Below are positions 14,166 through 26,302 of a stretch of 64,000 nt of DNA, piece by piece. The position numbers and the translations under genes were made by a program. The stretch is from Felis catus (taxonomy: Eukaryota). The notes beneath the pieces were generated by a model that did not search any database, had not been told where the DNA came from, and saw only the letters and a program-made list of their open reading frames with translations. How positions within the stretch are numbered: position 1 is the first letter of the stretch; every line of letters begins with the position of its first letter. The stretch spans positions 144,708,001 to 144,772,000 of the forward strand of contig NC_058371.1 in the NCBI RefSeq assembly GCF_018350175.1. The letters run 5' to 3'.

Positions 14166-14370
14166 GCAATGGTTCTCAACCAGGTCAATTTTCCTCCCAG
14201 GAACATTAGGCAATGTCTGGAAATTTTTTGATTGTGACAACTCAGAAGTAGGGGGCGGGGAAGGGGTGGGATGCTACGGGAATTTAGGAGATAAAAGGCA
14301 GGACTAATCATCCTAGAATGCACAGCCTCCCATAACACAGAATTATCCAGTGTGAAAGTTGAGAAACCTT
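14166..14370 (+). mobile_element. MER20 (hAT-Charlie) relic
   Basis: caatggttctcaacc...ggcaatgtctggaaattttttgattgtgacaac...catcctagaatgcacag...gttgagaaacct, with inverted termini. Confidence 0.8.
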
Positions 14371-14675
14371 TGGATGTTTTGCATCCATTTAAACCAGAAC
14401 TTGGATTCCTTTGAACAGTGAGGTGAGATGTATAGCATGTAAAATACCTTTAAGCTCTTATTTTCTAAAGACTTTTCATTTACTCAGAATAAAGTTATAT
14501 TTGCCAAATTGCTACCTTTGACTGCCAAGGATTATACGTTGCGGAAGAAGCCCTGCCTTTCAGGCTAAGCATTGTAAGTCTTTTCTGCCTCTACTAATAG
14601 TCCTTTCTTTGCCTCTTTCCTATACCTTTGGCATCTTTCTATCAATTTTCTCTCACAATAAAACCAAAAACAACC

Positions 14676-14892
14676 GGGGCCCCTAGGTGGCTCAGTCGTT
14701 GACCATCCGACTTCGGCTCAGGTCATGGTCTCACGGTTTGTGGGTTCGAGCCCCGCATCGGGCTCTGTGCTGACAGCTCAGAGGCTGGAGCCTGCTTTGG
14801 ATTCTGTGTCTCCCTCTCTCTCCGCCTCTCCTCCATTTGTGCTCTGTCTCTCTCTCAAAAATAAATAAAATGTAAAAAAAAAAAACAAACTT
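14676..14892 (+). mobile_element. Felid CAN-SINE (Fc2-like)
   Basis: 15-nt TSD aaaccaaaaacaacc at 14661-75 and 14893-907. Confidence 0.95.
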
Positions 14893-15527
14893 AAACCAAA
14901 AACAACCCTCTTTTTTTCTTTATATATTGACTGATCTTTTCCCTCTCTTTCTCAGTTTGACATCTTTGAAGAGTCATCTGCAATTATTTGCATACTTTCT
15001 TTGCATTAATGTTTCCTCCTAATGTTTGTCTTTTGGCATCCCTTATACCTGTGCTTGGTACAGCAATCCAGCGAATCACTCAAGCCACAAACTCCAGTCA
15101 CTCTAGACTTCTTTTTTTTCTCACTGCCTACCTTATCCCACCAGTCACCGAGTCTTTTCTATTTTACTTTGTGACTGAGTCTCGCAGATTCATTTCTTCT
15201 TCTCCGTACCCACTGCTGCCACCTTTGTGTTAAAGTACTGGTGTTAAAGTAACCTTTCCAAACCAAAAAAATAATTCTGTTGTTTCTCACTTAAAGGTTT
15301 TCAATGACCCCAACTTAGGTGCCTAAGAATGCAAAGTAATTAATATGGTCATTTGTTGTTACCTACCCGCCCCCCCAGCCTTCTCTCCAATCACAATCTC
15401 CACCAGACAAACCAGAATAAGTTGGGTTATGCATATTGTGTCTTCTTACAAGTTGTCCCTTTTGTTCAGAATGCCTTGGTCAATTACAACTTTATGTGTC
15501 CTTTTCTTTAAAATTAATTTTAGTTTA

Positions 15528-15584
15528 GGGCTCCTGGGTGGCCCCTCATTGGGCTCCACACTGGCCATGAAGCCTACTTAAAAA
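15528..15584 (+). mobile_element. Internally deleted mini CAN-SINE
   Basis: Head gggctcctgggtggc joined to tail cccctcattgggctccacactggccatgaagcctacttaaaaa; degenerate flanking repeat ttaatttta. Confidence 0.7.
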
Positions 15585-17245
15585 GTTAATTTTATTTTAA
15601 ATAGTATGTATAATAAATCATCATAATATGTATAATAAATATTTTAATTAAGTTATGTATAATAAATATACATAGGTTTTTAAAAGTCCAACAGTACGAA
15701 AAGGTTTATAACCAAAAATAGCATAAAAACTTAAAAAACAAAAATAAAACACAAAACAAAACAAACCAAAAACAAACAGCAGATCTTTGCACCAAAGCTT
15801 CCTGCCTCTCTGCCTCCTGGAAGCAACCACTTTTGTCTCTTTGAAGTGTCTCTTCTGCATTTACCTCCCTCATGCTAAATAACTTGCTTGTAATGCTATT
15901 TCTTGGCTTGTCAACTTAAACTTTCCCTACTGAATTTCTCCTCTTCCGTAATTTCAGTGGGGTTACCATTAGGGATGCCGCTGAGAACATTGAAAAACCA
16001 GCACAGCAAAGATACTGATTCATCGCAACAGTCTCCCCACATGGTGTAGGTGGGCTAATTACTGGCCTTGATTTTATGACAGTTTTTGATGTCATGGATT
16101 TAAATAATCAGTGTTTACATCACTATTACCATGTAAGTACTGTCTCCTGCAGAAACAAATAACATCAATGATTATGTCATCTTGCTTACACAATTTTTTT
16201 CTTTCTAGAAGTTACTGGTTGATGTTTACAACAATCATTTCTTCCTTCTTAAAACTCACCACAAGCCTCACCTGTTCGATCAAGTCTTTGCAGCTAGGTA
16301 GAGCCGATTCTCCATCCTGTGTTACCTCTGTTGGTGTCCTTGCTACATGCATGACCCTTAAAGATTTCTGTGTCTCTCTTCCTCACCAGAATGAGAGTTC
16401 CTTCAGGTTAATGACAGTATCTGTTATCTTTGAACCCTCAGTGTCTTGTGCCAGTGCAAAACACATAGTACTTACTAAATATTTGTTGTATTATGGATGG
16501 AACAAGAGTGTCTTTTGTCTTTGAAGCTGCCTTCAGTATCGAGCAAAATGGTTTTGTGCGCATTTCTCTGATTTCTGAGTCACTTCGTATAGATCACAAA
16601 CTGAAATGCCTGTCAAGATGTAGGCAGTTAAAATAAATGAGTGCGGCCATGTCTGATGGGGTCCGTGGCATTAAACGGGTCACCTGCTGCTTGACTCCGG
16701 CTAGTCGCTGCCCGGAAGGTGTTTCAGACCTGTGTTGCCAGCCCTTCTGCTTTTTCGGCGGAAGTAGAAAAATCCAGGTTTGCTACGAACTGCCATGATT
16801 CAATTTTTTAAGACTGTGCAGACTGAGAACATGATTCCTGGGAGCGGATCTGGTTCGTGGCCACCAGCTTGTGACGGTGGCCTGAAGATTGTGGGTGAGC
16901 AGTAGCATAGCACATGCGACTCCAGTGCCTTGTGCTTGGTGTTTGGTTTGCCTGGGCATGGATCCTCCCTGGGGGGTCCTCTCCAGGGCTGTCCCCAGTG
17001 GTGGCATCCCTTCACCAGCTGACGCCAGCGTGTGGAGTGAGTCGGAACAGAAGAGAGTCTGGGCACAGGCCCCAGCCTGCCAGAATGTTTGAAGGCGCTG
17101 GGCAGCGTTCCAGTGGAATCAGGGCTTCCACTGTTAGGTGGAAGTGGAGAACGATGGGTTAAATAATACGTGGTAGAAGAAAGCGCAAGTAGACTAAAAA
17201 CTGTATACTAGGTGCCAAGCCATGTGCCTTCTCATACGTTATTCA

Positions 17246-17467
17246 ATTTTTTAAAATTTTTATTTATTTTTGAGAGAGAGAGAAAGAAAGAGATATAGAA
17301 CATGAGTTGGGGAGGGGCAGGAGGAGAAGGAGACACAGAATCCGCAGCAGTCTCCAGGCTCCGAGCTGTCAGCCCAGAGCCCGACGCCAGGCTCGAACCC
17401 ACAAACCGCGAGATCATGACCTGAGTAGAAGTTGGACACTTAACCAACTGAGCCACCCAGATTCCCC
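17246..17467 (-). mobile_element. Felid CAN-SINE (Fc2-like)
   Basis: Full-length antisense copy. Confidence 0.93.
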
Positions 17468-18059
17468 TTATGTTACTTAATTTAATTTTTACAATAACCT
17501 CGAGGAGATGGTGTCATCTCCAGTTTGCAGAGGTTGACTCTCTATAAGATTTAGAGGTTTTTAGTAAAATTCCCGCCATTAAAATAGATTAACACCAGAA
17601 TTAAGGCTTCCTGATTCTGCCCATGCAGAAAGCCCGTGTATGGGATTTTAAAAATGAATTAAACCTATTTTATAATAATAAAGACATGGATTGAAATTTT
17701 CTACTAGAAATGGATCCTGGGATCTTTGAATCTGAAAGTTGTTTTCTTCATTTACAGATGGATTATTCATTCTTTCAACATTTGTGGAGTATCTATTGTG
17801 TTCTCTGTTAGTTACCAGGGTTACAAAGATGCGTAAATATACAATCCCTGTGCTTGGAAAGCGCTAAATGATTGTATGTTTCTGGTTTGTTATAAGTGTG
17901 AAAGGAGGGTGGCAGGTGTTGGGAGAAAAGATATGAAAAGTCTAGAAATTCGGTGGCCAAATTGTTTGTTTGTTTGTTTTTTTAATTTGGGAGATACTCC
18001 TTTTTTTGTTGTTGTCACAGATAAAATATGCTAGTAGGAAATTGAAAAATGAAAATAAG

Positions 18060-19640
18060 GAAAATTAAGGCAAAAGTCTCCTAACCAGTGTGAGCAACTC
18101 TATGTACTTAATTACCTACCTTTTGATTATCTATCAATATAAACATTTTTTACATTTATCACACACAGATGCAGAGAAACACACAGATCACACTGCATTA
18201 TTATTCTATAGCCTATTTCTCTTATTTAGGAATATATCAAAATGTTCTATTACTATTTGAATTATGCCTGAATAGTATTTTATTGCATGAAAACAGTTCT
18301 GTGTATTTAATCAACTCTATCTTGTTAGATATTTAGGGAATTTCCAATTTTTTATAATCTATGTCATAGAGAATTTTTACAGCTAAATCTTTTTATGTAT
18401 CTTCAGTTATTGCCTTAGGAAAGATTACTAGAAATGAAATGACTGGATTTAAGCATTTCTATATTTTTTGAGTTTTTTGCTTTTAGAACATAGAGCACTA
18501 AATTGTCCTCTGGAAAAGTAGTACCAATGTATCCATCACCAGTGGATTTGATTTTCCATTTTTATTCACTATTTCAAATGCTAGTTACAACCTTTTTTTT
18601 TTTTTAACTTTCATAATTAGACAATTAGAAAAAAGTCTCTATATTGATTCTTTTTGAAAACTCTTTTGGCCTTTGAACTTGCTAGATACTATTGTCCTCT
18701 GGTATAATACTCTCACTTATTATTATGGTTAATTGGTTGGCTGATTACTTGCCTTACTAGCTTTGGAACACTTTGAAGGTAGAGCATGTCCTATCTGCCT
18801 GGGTGTTTCTGGATGCTCATGGATGTCTGTTGAATTGAGTTGAATTAAAGAAGATGCATAGCTTAGAAACCATTGGCTAGATGGATAAATGTCAATACAC
18901 CCAGTGGGCAAGTTATTTGATTCCTGCCAGTTACATGATAATGAGTAATTTAAGTGATCATTGGTCACATGCCAGCACTGTGTTAAGTGCTTTGCATACT
19001 TACCTGATTGAATCCTCACAGAAATGCTCTGGAGAAGAGATAATAATTATCTCCACTTTGGCAATGAGGAAATTGAGAGATTATGAAATTTGCCCAAGGT
19101 ACATGGCTGTAAAGTGGCAAAAAAGGTCATGAACTCAAGACTAGCTAACTCCCAAGCCCTCTTATCTTTTCCCATCTGCCCTCCCTTACCTTCTCCTCCC
19201 CTCTCCAACTTATTGTAGATATTTAAATATATTTATACAAAAGTAGATAGAAGAGCATAATAAACCTTTGTTTAGCCAACACCCAGCTTTCGTAATTATC
19301 AATATGTGGCCAATCTTGTTTAATCTGTAAGTTTCTCCCTCCCCCTTGCACCCATCTTCTCTTGTTGGATTATTCTAAACTAAATGTTGGATACATTAAT
19401 TTCATTTATAAGTTTTTAAATATATATCTTTAAGAGATATGGACTCTGTTCTTTGACCTAAACCACAATATTATTAGCACACTTTAAGTTCTCTAGAACA
19501 ATTCCTTAATATTATCTAATGTGTAGTCAGGGTCTGATTTCCCAGATTATCTCATAAGTGACTTTTTACATTTGACTTGTTTAAATACAATCTGCACATT
19601 GTATCCTAAACTGTGCTAACCACAACACAGTATTTCTCTC
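18060..19640 (-). mobile_element. Old L1ME/L1MC relics with an embedded MIR (about 18945-19145)
   Basis: AT-rich antisense L1 3'-UTR-like tracts; MIR core aatgaggaaattgagag...tttgcccaagg. Boundaries approximate. Confidence 0.5.
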
Positions 19641-20183
19641 TCCCCCATATTTTTTCATGAGACCTGTCCTTCTCAACAACAGAGATACTTAGCTAAGGGA
19701 AACTCAAACTTTCAAATAATTCCCACAAATTGAATATCTAGTTCACATATCCCAAGAAGGAAGTACAAACACTAGTTAATACCAGAGAAACACTGAGTCT
19801 GTTTGGAATGGAGAAAGTACGTTGCCACATGGGTTTGTCATTCATTCTCCCTGGAAATTCATCAGTGTATTTGTGCAGCGGCTGAGAAGTCTTATTTCTC
19901 TGCCTCTGTGATGTCTCCCTCACAAGCTATGGCCAAATCTCTTCAGTTAAGATGCATACTTAGTTGCAAGTGTTGCTGGCTTTTAAATTCTGTCTTTGGC
20001 ATTGAGCTTAAAAAACGAGATGTGCTGGCCTGTGTACCACCCCCCTTCCTGTGGGAGAATGCCTTGGGAACGGAAGGCACAGGCTTGTTATTTTCATAAA
20101 TGGGTCATGGCTTCGATAGAGTATTTTGCATTGAGGAAATTTTCAAGTTTTCATGCTTGTTTGGTTCTGTTTTGAACTTGAAG

Positions 20184-20282
20184 GTCTAGTGATCCTCCAC
20201 TGTGTCGTGGCAGATGGGAATGCAACCAGGAGTCCTGAAAGGGATGGCCTTCTCTGTGGAGATCCTGGGGAAAACTGCGCAG
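20184..20282 (+). CDS. BTC: Betacellulin exon 2 (end of signal peptide and N-terminal extension of mature BTC)
   Basis: AG at 20182-83 and GTAAGG at 20283; 99 nt, phase 1-1. Translates (G)LVILHCVVADGNATRSPERDGLLCGDPGENCA, matching mammalian BTC as I recall it, with an N-A-T sequon. Too short for the ORF track. Confidence 0.96.
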
Positions 20283-20835
20283 GTAAGGCTTAACACACAG
20301 TGCCTTTGTGTTTTACCAGCCTCATGTTCAGTCTTGGAACGTTGATTTCCCTAAGTTTTAATTTTTAATACTACACTAATCATAAGACTGGTTAGTTTTG
20401 TGAGCATATATAATGGACCAGGCTCTCTGCCAAGTGCTTTATATACAGTAATGCGTTCACTCCTCGCGAGAGCCCTCTGAGCTGGATCATATTTTTGACT
20501 TTATTTCAAGGTGAAGTCCAGAAAGATTAAGTAACTTGCCAAAGGCTACCCAGCAGGTAAATTGCAAATCTGGGATTCATACAGGTCTTTCTGATTCTAG
20601 TGCTTCCATTTTTAATCATTACATTATTTTAGGTATTGCAGGTGTATGCTCCAGACTCTGGCATGGGATATTTTGGACTAGATGCATACAAAGTTGGCAT
20701 ATTCTATTCAAATTAACTTCTTTCTATTCCATAACTTAAAAGAAGGGAAGAAGGCAATGACTTTTGCATATTTTTGCCCTAGAGGTACTTCAATCAGTAT
20801 TCTCAAAGTTGTTACTCTAAAGCAAAGGTGAGCCT

Positions 20836-21041
20836 TAGTAAAGGGTCAGGTAATAAGTATTTTAGGTTTTGTGGACCATGCAGTGTTTTTTTGCAGCTAC
20901 TCAAAATTGGCCGCTGCACTGTGAAAGCAGCCATTGACACTTTGCAAATGAGTGACGTTGGATATGTTTCAATAAAACTTTATTTAGAGAAACAGGCTGT
21001 GAGCCAGATTTGGCCCTTGAGCCATAGTTTGCTGACTCCTA
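20836..21041 (-). mobile_element. MER58A (hAT-Charlie MITE)
   Basis: gtaaagggtcaggtaataagtattttaggttttgtgg...caataaaactttattt...ccagatttggccc...agtttgctgactcct is the reverse complement of MER58A as I recall it. Confidence 0.85.
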
Positions 21042-21606
21042 CTTTAAGGTTCTGTCTGTCCTTTATAGATGCAGTGGTCTGTTCTTCTCCAGGGTTGTTT
21101 CTGATTCAAAACAAAACAAATCAAATCAAAACACAACACAACACAACGCAACACAGGCCAAGTCTAAAAGTAGGTGGGAGAGAGATTCCTGTATTCCCTG
21201 GAAACGTTTTGGAGCTCGGAGGGTGGTGACCTGGTGTAAGTGCTCCTGTCCTAGTACCCTGGAGAAGTCATAACTGAGCTGGGAACACGCTGAGCAAGTC
21301 ACCGTGACGTGAACCATCAGTTCCAGCCCAGTCTTCTGCTTTCTTCCCTCACACTAATGGGTGGTCTGGAAAGTGCCTCCAGGCTGTGGAATCTGTTGGT
21401 GTCTTAGATCATGCTTGTGTGGGTCTTTTCACTCGCGTAGAGAGAAGAACAAGGCCAGTGTTATGTGTTTGTGTGCTTTTCTTCAGTTGAGTTTTAAATA
21501 TCTCCAATGATGGCATTTTCACATTTCCCTTGGGGGTTATTGCATGATCCAGTGACTGACAGTTCTAAAAAACTTGCCTCATCAGTATCCTAAATGTGTT
21601 TCCTAT

Positions 21607-22231
21607 TTTTTTTTTATTTTAGTGAGACTATTTAACATGAGATCTACTCTTTTAACAAAATTTTAAGTGTACAACCCAAGATCGTTAACTATGGGCAAGA
21701 TGCTGTATAGCACCTCTCTAGAAATTATTCATCTTGCATGACCCAGACTTTATACCCAGTGAATAATGACTCCTCATTCCCACCCCCCCTCCTCCCTGGC
21801 CCCCGGCAGCCACCATTCTACTCTCAGCTTCTGTGGATTCAGCTGTTTAGANNNNNNNNNNNNNNNNNNNNNNNNNNNNNNNNNNNNNNNNNNNNNNNNN
21901 NNNNNNNNNNNNNNNNNNNNNNNNNNNNNNNNNNNNNNNNNNNNNNNNNNNNNNNNNNNNNNNNNNNNNNNNNNNNNNNNNNNNNNNNNNNNNNNNNNNN
22001 NNNNNNNNCCACATTCTATGTATCCATTCATGTGTTGATGGATATTTAAGTTGTTTCCACATCTTGGCTATTGTGGATTGAATAGTGCCGCAATAAACAT
22101 AGGAGTATGTGTATTTCTTCGAGATTCTGTTTTCTGTTCTTTTGGATAAATACCCAGAGGTAGGATTGCTCAATCGTATGGTAGTTCTGTTTTTAATTTT
22201 TTAAAAAAAACTCCGTACTATTTCCCATAGC
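21607..22231 (-). mobile_element. Old LINE-1 (L1MA/MB) 3' end with ORF2 C-terminal remnant, contains gap
   Basis: ORF 21847..22173(-) gives TIAKMWKQLKYPSTHEWIHRMW, an L1 ORF2 C-terminal motif. Confidence 0.88.
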
Positions 22232-22471
22232 AGTTATAGGTTGCCTTGTCAGTCTATTGTTTCTATCCTGTGCAGAAGAATTTTAGCTCATTGAAGGTCA
22301 CACAGTAAGCAGAGTAGCCTGACATGAATTTGGAGAGACTGACTCCAGAATGTGTATTGTTAATCACAATGCTAAACTGCTAGAATCGTGGGGGAAGGTC
22401 AGAATGCTGAATATGTGAAGGGAATTCTGAGAAATAGTCCTTGAAAGTAAAGCCCAAATAAGGGCAAAATG

Positions 22472-22700
22472 TTTTTTTTTTTTTTAAAAAATATTTTAAA
22501 TGTTTACTTATTTTTGAGACAATGTGAGAGACAGAGTGCAATCAGCGGTGGGCAGACAGAGGGAGACACAGAATCTGAAGCGGGTTCCAGGCTCTGAGCT
22601 GTCAGCCCAGAGCCCGACGTGGGGCTCGAACTCACGAACTGTGAGATCATGAGCTGAGCCGAAGTCGGACGCTTAACCGACTGAGCCACTCAGGCGCCCC
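22472..22700 (-). mobile_element. Felid CAN-SINE (Fc2-like)
   Basis: Antisense copy flanked by aagggcaaaa repeats. Confidence 0.93.
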
Positions 22701-22717
22701 AAGGGCAAAACATTCTT

Positions 22718-22941
22718 TTTATATTATTATTTTTTTTTCAACATTTATTTATTTTTGGGACAGAGAAAGACAGAGCATGAACGGGGGAGGGGCAGAGAGA
22801 GAGGGAGACACAGAATCGGAAACAGGCTCCAGGCTCTGAGCCATCAGCCCAGAGCCCGACGCGGGGCTCGAACTCACGAACCGCGAGATCGTGACCTGGC
22901 TGAAGTGGGACGCTTAACCGACTGCGCCACCCAGGCGCCCC
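22718..22941 (-). mobile_element. Young felid SINEC_Fc1
   Basis: TSD aagggcaaaacattctt / aggggcaaaacattctt at 22701-17 and 22942-58. Confidence 0.96.
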
Positions 22942-23094
22942 AGGGGCAAAACATTCTTAAAAAGGAATTAATATGGAGTAGGAGAAGATTGTCCTTATTG
23001 ACTGTGTGACCGTGGGTGAGTCACTTAAGCTTTCAGACATCAATTTGTAATCTATAAAATGAAGGAATAGTTCAGATCATCTTTAGGAGTTGGT

Positions 23095-23188
23095 CTTTTT
23101 TTTTCTTTTTTTCTTTCAATTTTTTTCATTTTTTATCTTTTAATTTTTTTAGAGAGAGAGCATGGAGGCATGCAAGCAGAGGAGGGGC

Positions 23189-23245
<57 letters not shown>

Positions 23246-23365
23246 CTTAAGCAGGTTCCACACCCAGTATATATCCCAACACAGGGCTCGATCCCACACC
23301 CCTGGGATCATGACCTGAGCTAAAATCAAGCATCAGGCAGTCAACCTGAGCTATCCAGGCACCAC
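23095..23365 (-). mobile_element. Older CAN-SINE with expanded (GA)n
   Basis: Antisense body with a long (GA)n run at about 23193-23242. Confidence 0.9.
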
Positions 23366-23439
23366 AGGAGTTATTTTATTTCTAAATGATTTTATTCTTT
23401 TATTGTCAAATAGACCCAATCTCTAAGCATTTCACTTTT

Positions 23440-24230
23440 AGTTTGTCATTTTCTATCTTGAATAAGGAATTTATTCATTCCTACCAATACTTTTGCAGCA
23501 GGCTCTGTCCCCGGTACCAAGGATGTAACAATGAACAACATAGTCAAAGATGAGGTCAGAGAGGTAGTGCAGAAAGAGAGGTAATGAGTAATGTCATGCA
23601 GAGCCTTGCCAGGGATCATAAAGCCTTCAGGTTTGATTTTTAATAGCATCACTCTGGTGTCTGTGTGCAGACTAGACAGTTAAGAGTGGACAGGATAGAA
23701 GCAGGGAGACTAGTTAGATGTTGTTGCCATGGAGACTACTTCCAGCCTAGAGATGCTGTCAGGCTTAGACCAGGCTAGTAGAAATAGAGGGACGATTCTG
23801 CATACATTTTTAAATACAGCCAATAGAGTTTTCTGATGAATTGGATGCATAGTAGAAGAGAAAGAAGTCAAAGTGGCTCTAAGATATTTGGCCTGAATAA
23901 CAAAGAAAGTATCATTTCCTGAGATGGAGAAAGACCAGACTTGAGGGAGAAAATCAGGTGTGCCCTTTGGAAGTGTTCATTTGAACTGCCAGTTAGGCAA
24001 CCAAGGGTTGGTTGGACAGCTGGACACTGAAGGAAGGGATCGGGGATGGAAACATAAATTTGGGAATTGTTACCATAACGGTGTTTAAAACCAGGAAATG
24101 CCCAGGAAGGAGTGTAAAAGCCCTGAGTCCCAATGCATTGCAAAATGTAGAGGTTGGGGGATATAGGGAAGAACCAGCAAAGGAGACTGAGCAGAGGGGG
24201 CATTATCTACATAAGAGTTCCAAAACATGC
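23440..24230 (-). mobile_element. L2 relic
   Basis: Purine-rich antisense L2-like text (gagatggagaaagaccag...ttggacag...gggaattgttaccataacgg). Approximate. Confidence 0.65.
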
Positions 24231-24388
24231 ACTCGTGAAAAACAAAAGAAACACAAGTTTTCTTCCTGTTCATTGTTCTTTGTTTGCCCCTCAGCTATGA
24301 ATAATTTTAAACATGCAAATATACACACACATCTACACTAAACTCTTTTTTCTTCCTTTAGAGGGATGGCATGAAAAAGGGCAGCTCG

Positions 24389-24941
24389 TTTTTGTTTTGT
24401 TTTGTTTTATTATTATTTTTTGATTTTTAGATTTTATTTAAATCCAAGTTACTTAAGATATAGTGTAAGAATTTAGTGATTCATCACTTACCTACAACAC
24501 CCAGTGCCCATCCCAACAAGTGCCCTCCTTAATGCCCCTCACCCATTTAGCCCCTCCCCCCCAACACCCCTCCAGCAGCACTCAGTTTGTTCCCTGTATT
24601 TAGGAGTCTCTCATAGTTTGCCTCTCTTACCTTATTTTTCCTTCCCTTCCCTTATGTTCGTATATTTTGTTTCTTAAAATTCTACATGANNNNNNNNNNN
24701 NNNNNNNNNNNNNNNNNNNNNNNNNNNNNNNNNNNNNNNNNNNNNNNNNNNNNNNNNNNNNNNNNNNNNNNNNNNNNNNNNNNNNNNNNNNNNNNNNNNN
24801 NNNNNNNNNNNNNNNNNNNNNNNNNNNNNNNNNNNNNNNNNATTCGTCAGTCGATGGACATTTGGGCTCTTTCCATACTTTGGCTAGTGCTGATAGTGCT
24901 GCTATAAACATTGGGGTGCATGTACCCCTTCGAATCAGCAT
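24389..24941 (-). mobile_element. 5'-truncated carnivore LINE-1 (ORF2 C-terminus and 3' UTR), contains gap
   Basis: ORF 24627..24941(-) MLIRRGTCTPMFIAALSALAKVWKEPKCPSTDE; C-rich tract and T-rich tail on the + strand. Confidence 0.92.
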
Positions 24942-24957
24942 TGAAAAAGGACAGATT

Positions 24958-25169
24958 GGGGCGCCTGGGTGGCTCAGTCGGTTAAGCGTCCGACTTCAGC
25001 CAGGTCACGATCTCGCGATCCGTGAGTTCGAGCCCCGCGTCAGGCTCTGGGCTGATGGCTCAGAGCCTGGAGCCTGTTTCCGATTCTGTGTCTCCCTCTC
25101 TCTCTGCCCCTCCCCCGTTCATGCTCTGTCTCTCTCTGTCCCAAAAATAAATAAATAAAAAAAAAAAAA
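24958..25169 (+). mobile_element. Young felid SINEC_Fc1
   Basis: 14-nt TSD gaaaaaggacagat at 24943-56 and 25170-83. Confidence 0.97.
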
Positions 25170-25702
25170 GAAAAAGGACAGATCTAAGTGAGGGCCCACT
25201 CCTGTAAGCTGAGAAATCATTGGCCTAATCCTCCTGCTTAAAACACATGCTGACCCATTCTGATTAGCCCCCTATATGAACATATTCTAGTAACACTGGA
25301 GGGTTAGCAAGGACATCTGTGAGATCTATTTTTCTTTTCCTGGAGTAACGAACTCTTTTACATTTCTGTAGGGAATGGCATTGGATATGAAACCAAATGG
25401 TAATCCTCAAATAAGAGAAATTTTCAAATTTTGCACTTCTTCAAGGGCATTGTGAATTTACCTTCCCCTGTCTCAGGGAGAGAGTGGGCAAGATAAGACG
25501 GAAAATTAACTTAGAACATAAAAAATTTTTTCCTCACCTCCTGGCTTAACACCGTTGTAAAGTGAGGAAACTCATACTGAGAAGTTGCCAGGAAGCCAAG
25601 GACTAGATTAAAGGCTTAGGTTCTACTTCATGGAGTAGGAAGAAATTTTTCTTCAAATTCTTCTGTGACTACTTAAACTCTTCTGTGCATTAGCTGTTCC
25701 CT

Positions 25703-25918
25703 TTTTTAAAAAAAATGTTTATTCATTTTTTGAGAGACAGAGAGACAGAGCATGAACAGGGGGAGGGGCAGAGAGAAAGGGGGATACAGAGTCCGAAGCA
25801 GGTTCCAGGCTTTGAGCTATCAGCACTGAGCCCAACGTGGGGCTCGAACTCATGAGCTGTGAGATCCTGACCTGAGCCAAAGTCAGATGCTCAACTGACT
25901 GAGCCACCCAGGCACCCC
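25703..25918 (-). mobile_element. Felid CAN-SINE (Fc2-like)
   Basis: Flanked by ctgttccctttt on both sides. Confidence 0.93.
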
Positions 25919-26302
25919 TACCTGTTCCCTTTTTAAGGTCAGATAGCTATGTGGGAAGATAAATTTATAGGTATTTGTTTCACTTCCTCTCTGTCTTTGT
26001 TAACACTTACGGGACTTTTATCTCAAAATTTAGCACCTCCTTTTAATCTCTCGCACAGAGATTTAACTATGTATTTAACTAGGGGGTTAGAGATACTATG
26101 AGGTTATCCACATTGTAATGAGAATTACATAAAATAATTGTATATTGTAATTTTATAATAATTGTATATTACCCTTAGAGTTGATATTAGAAGAGCTGCT
26201 GCTATTAATATTTATAAAATCATTAAATGGATTTGTAACGAGCACAACTAGAATAGGTGAACGTTTTATGAAAAATAAACCTAATGTGTCAATTCTGAGG
26301 AG

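Larger units (their letters stand above)
1..20183 (+). other. BTC: BTC intron 1 (distal part; exon 1 upstream of window)
   Basis: No CpG island or exon-1-like signal-peptide sequence found in 1-20183, yet exon 2 needs an upstream phase-1 donor. Confidence 0.8.

Noticed and set aside
26133-26170. 14-nt direct repeat aataattgtatatt with short spacer
   Set aside because: Very AT-rich context makes chance or slippage likely.
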